Below are positions 32,086 to 32,519 of a DNA stretch of 32,519 bases, piece by piece (positions within the stretch are counted from its first letter, which is position 1; every line of letters starts with the position of its first letter). A program made the position numbers and the translations under genes. The DNA is taken from NCBI RefSeq assembly GCF_001194135.2, contig NC_068982.1:184622127-184654645 (forward strand). Direction: 5' to 3'. The notes beneath the pieces were generated by a model. The model saw nothing but the letters and a program-made list of their open reading frames with translations. It was not told where the DNA came from and searched no databases. Source of the DNA: Octopus bimaculoides. Its lineage: Eukaryota.

Positions 32086-32399
32086 AAGGTATAATAGTAT
32101 CCGTTCTTACTATCGGTATCAATTACTTCATGTACTAGACCGAATGTGCTAGGAAGATGAATATTATTTTCGGAATTTCTTTCGTTAAGCACCAACTAAC
32201 ATTGGAAACATAAGAAATGTTCATGTTTTGTATTAAAAAATAATCAACCGATGTTGGTCAATTTGTTTGTTTGTTGATCAAAAGTTTTCTCCATTTTCTG
32301 ATTATTAATAGATCTCAACATGACTATATGTATTTTATTATTTTGAATAGACAGAAAGTTACTCAATGGGCAATAGTTTCGTCCATAGCACTCATCAAA

Positions 32400-32519
32400 G
32401 TGTGTGTGTGTGTGTGTGTGTGTGTGCCTGTATGTGTGCATATATGTACACATGTATGTATGTATGTATGTATGTATGTATGTATGTATGTATGTATATA
32501 TATATATATATATATATAT
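32400..32519. repeat. (GT)n/(TATG)n/(TA)n microsatellite
   Basis: Directly visible. Confidence 0.95.

Overview
Repeat-dense, gap-ridden animal genomic DNA, most likely an octopus short-read assembly. This is inferred from the tRNA-derived SINE families and the N-gaps sitting next to microsatellites; no database search was run. No intact protein-coding gene is supported. Nearly all ORF-track entries are microsatellite or N-gap read-throughs, and the real coding signal is decayed transposable element sequence. That includes a full-length but frameshifted 1.25-kb Tc1-like element with an apparent DD36E triad, a second deleted Tc1 relative, mariner and maT (DD37D) relics, an internally deleted Merlin element with ~110-bp TIRs and an 8-bp TSD, and 3' relics of CR1, RTE and RLE-type LINEs. 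About 20 SINE copies or fragments from four families are present. The most notable items are: (1) three GGATC-ended non-autonomous DNA elements with 8-bp TSDs, two of which carry (TTAGGG)n telomere-type repeats in their core; (2) two or three decayed minimal hammerhead-ribozyme motifs; (3) a Merlin whose transposase start codon lies inside the TIR; (4) long fold-back palindromes; (5) one possible 126-bp symmetric exon on the minus strand.
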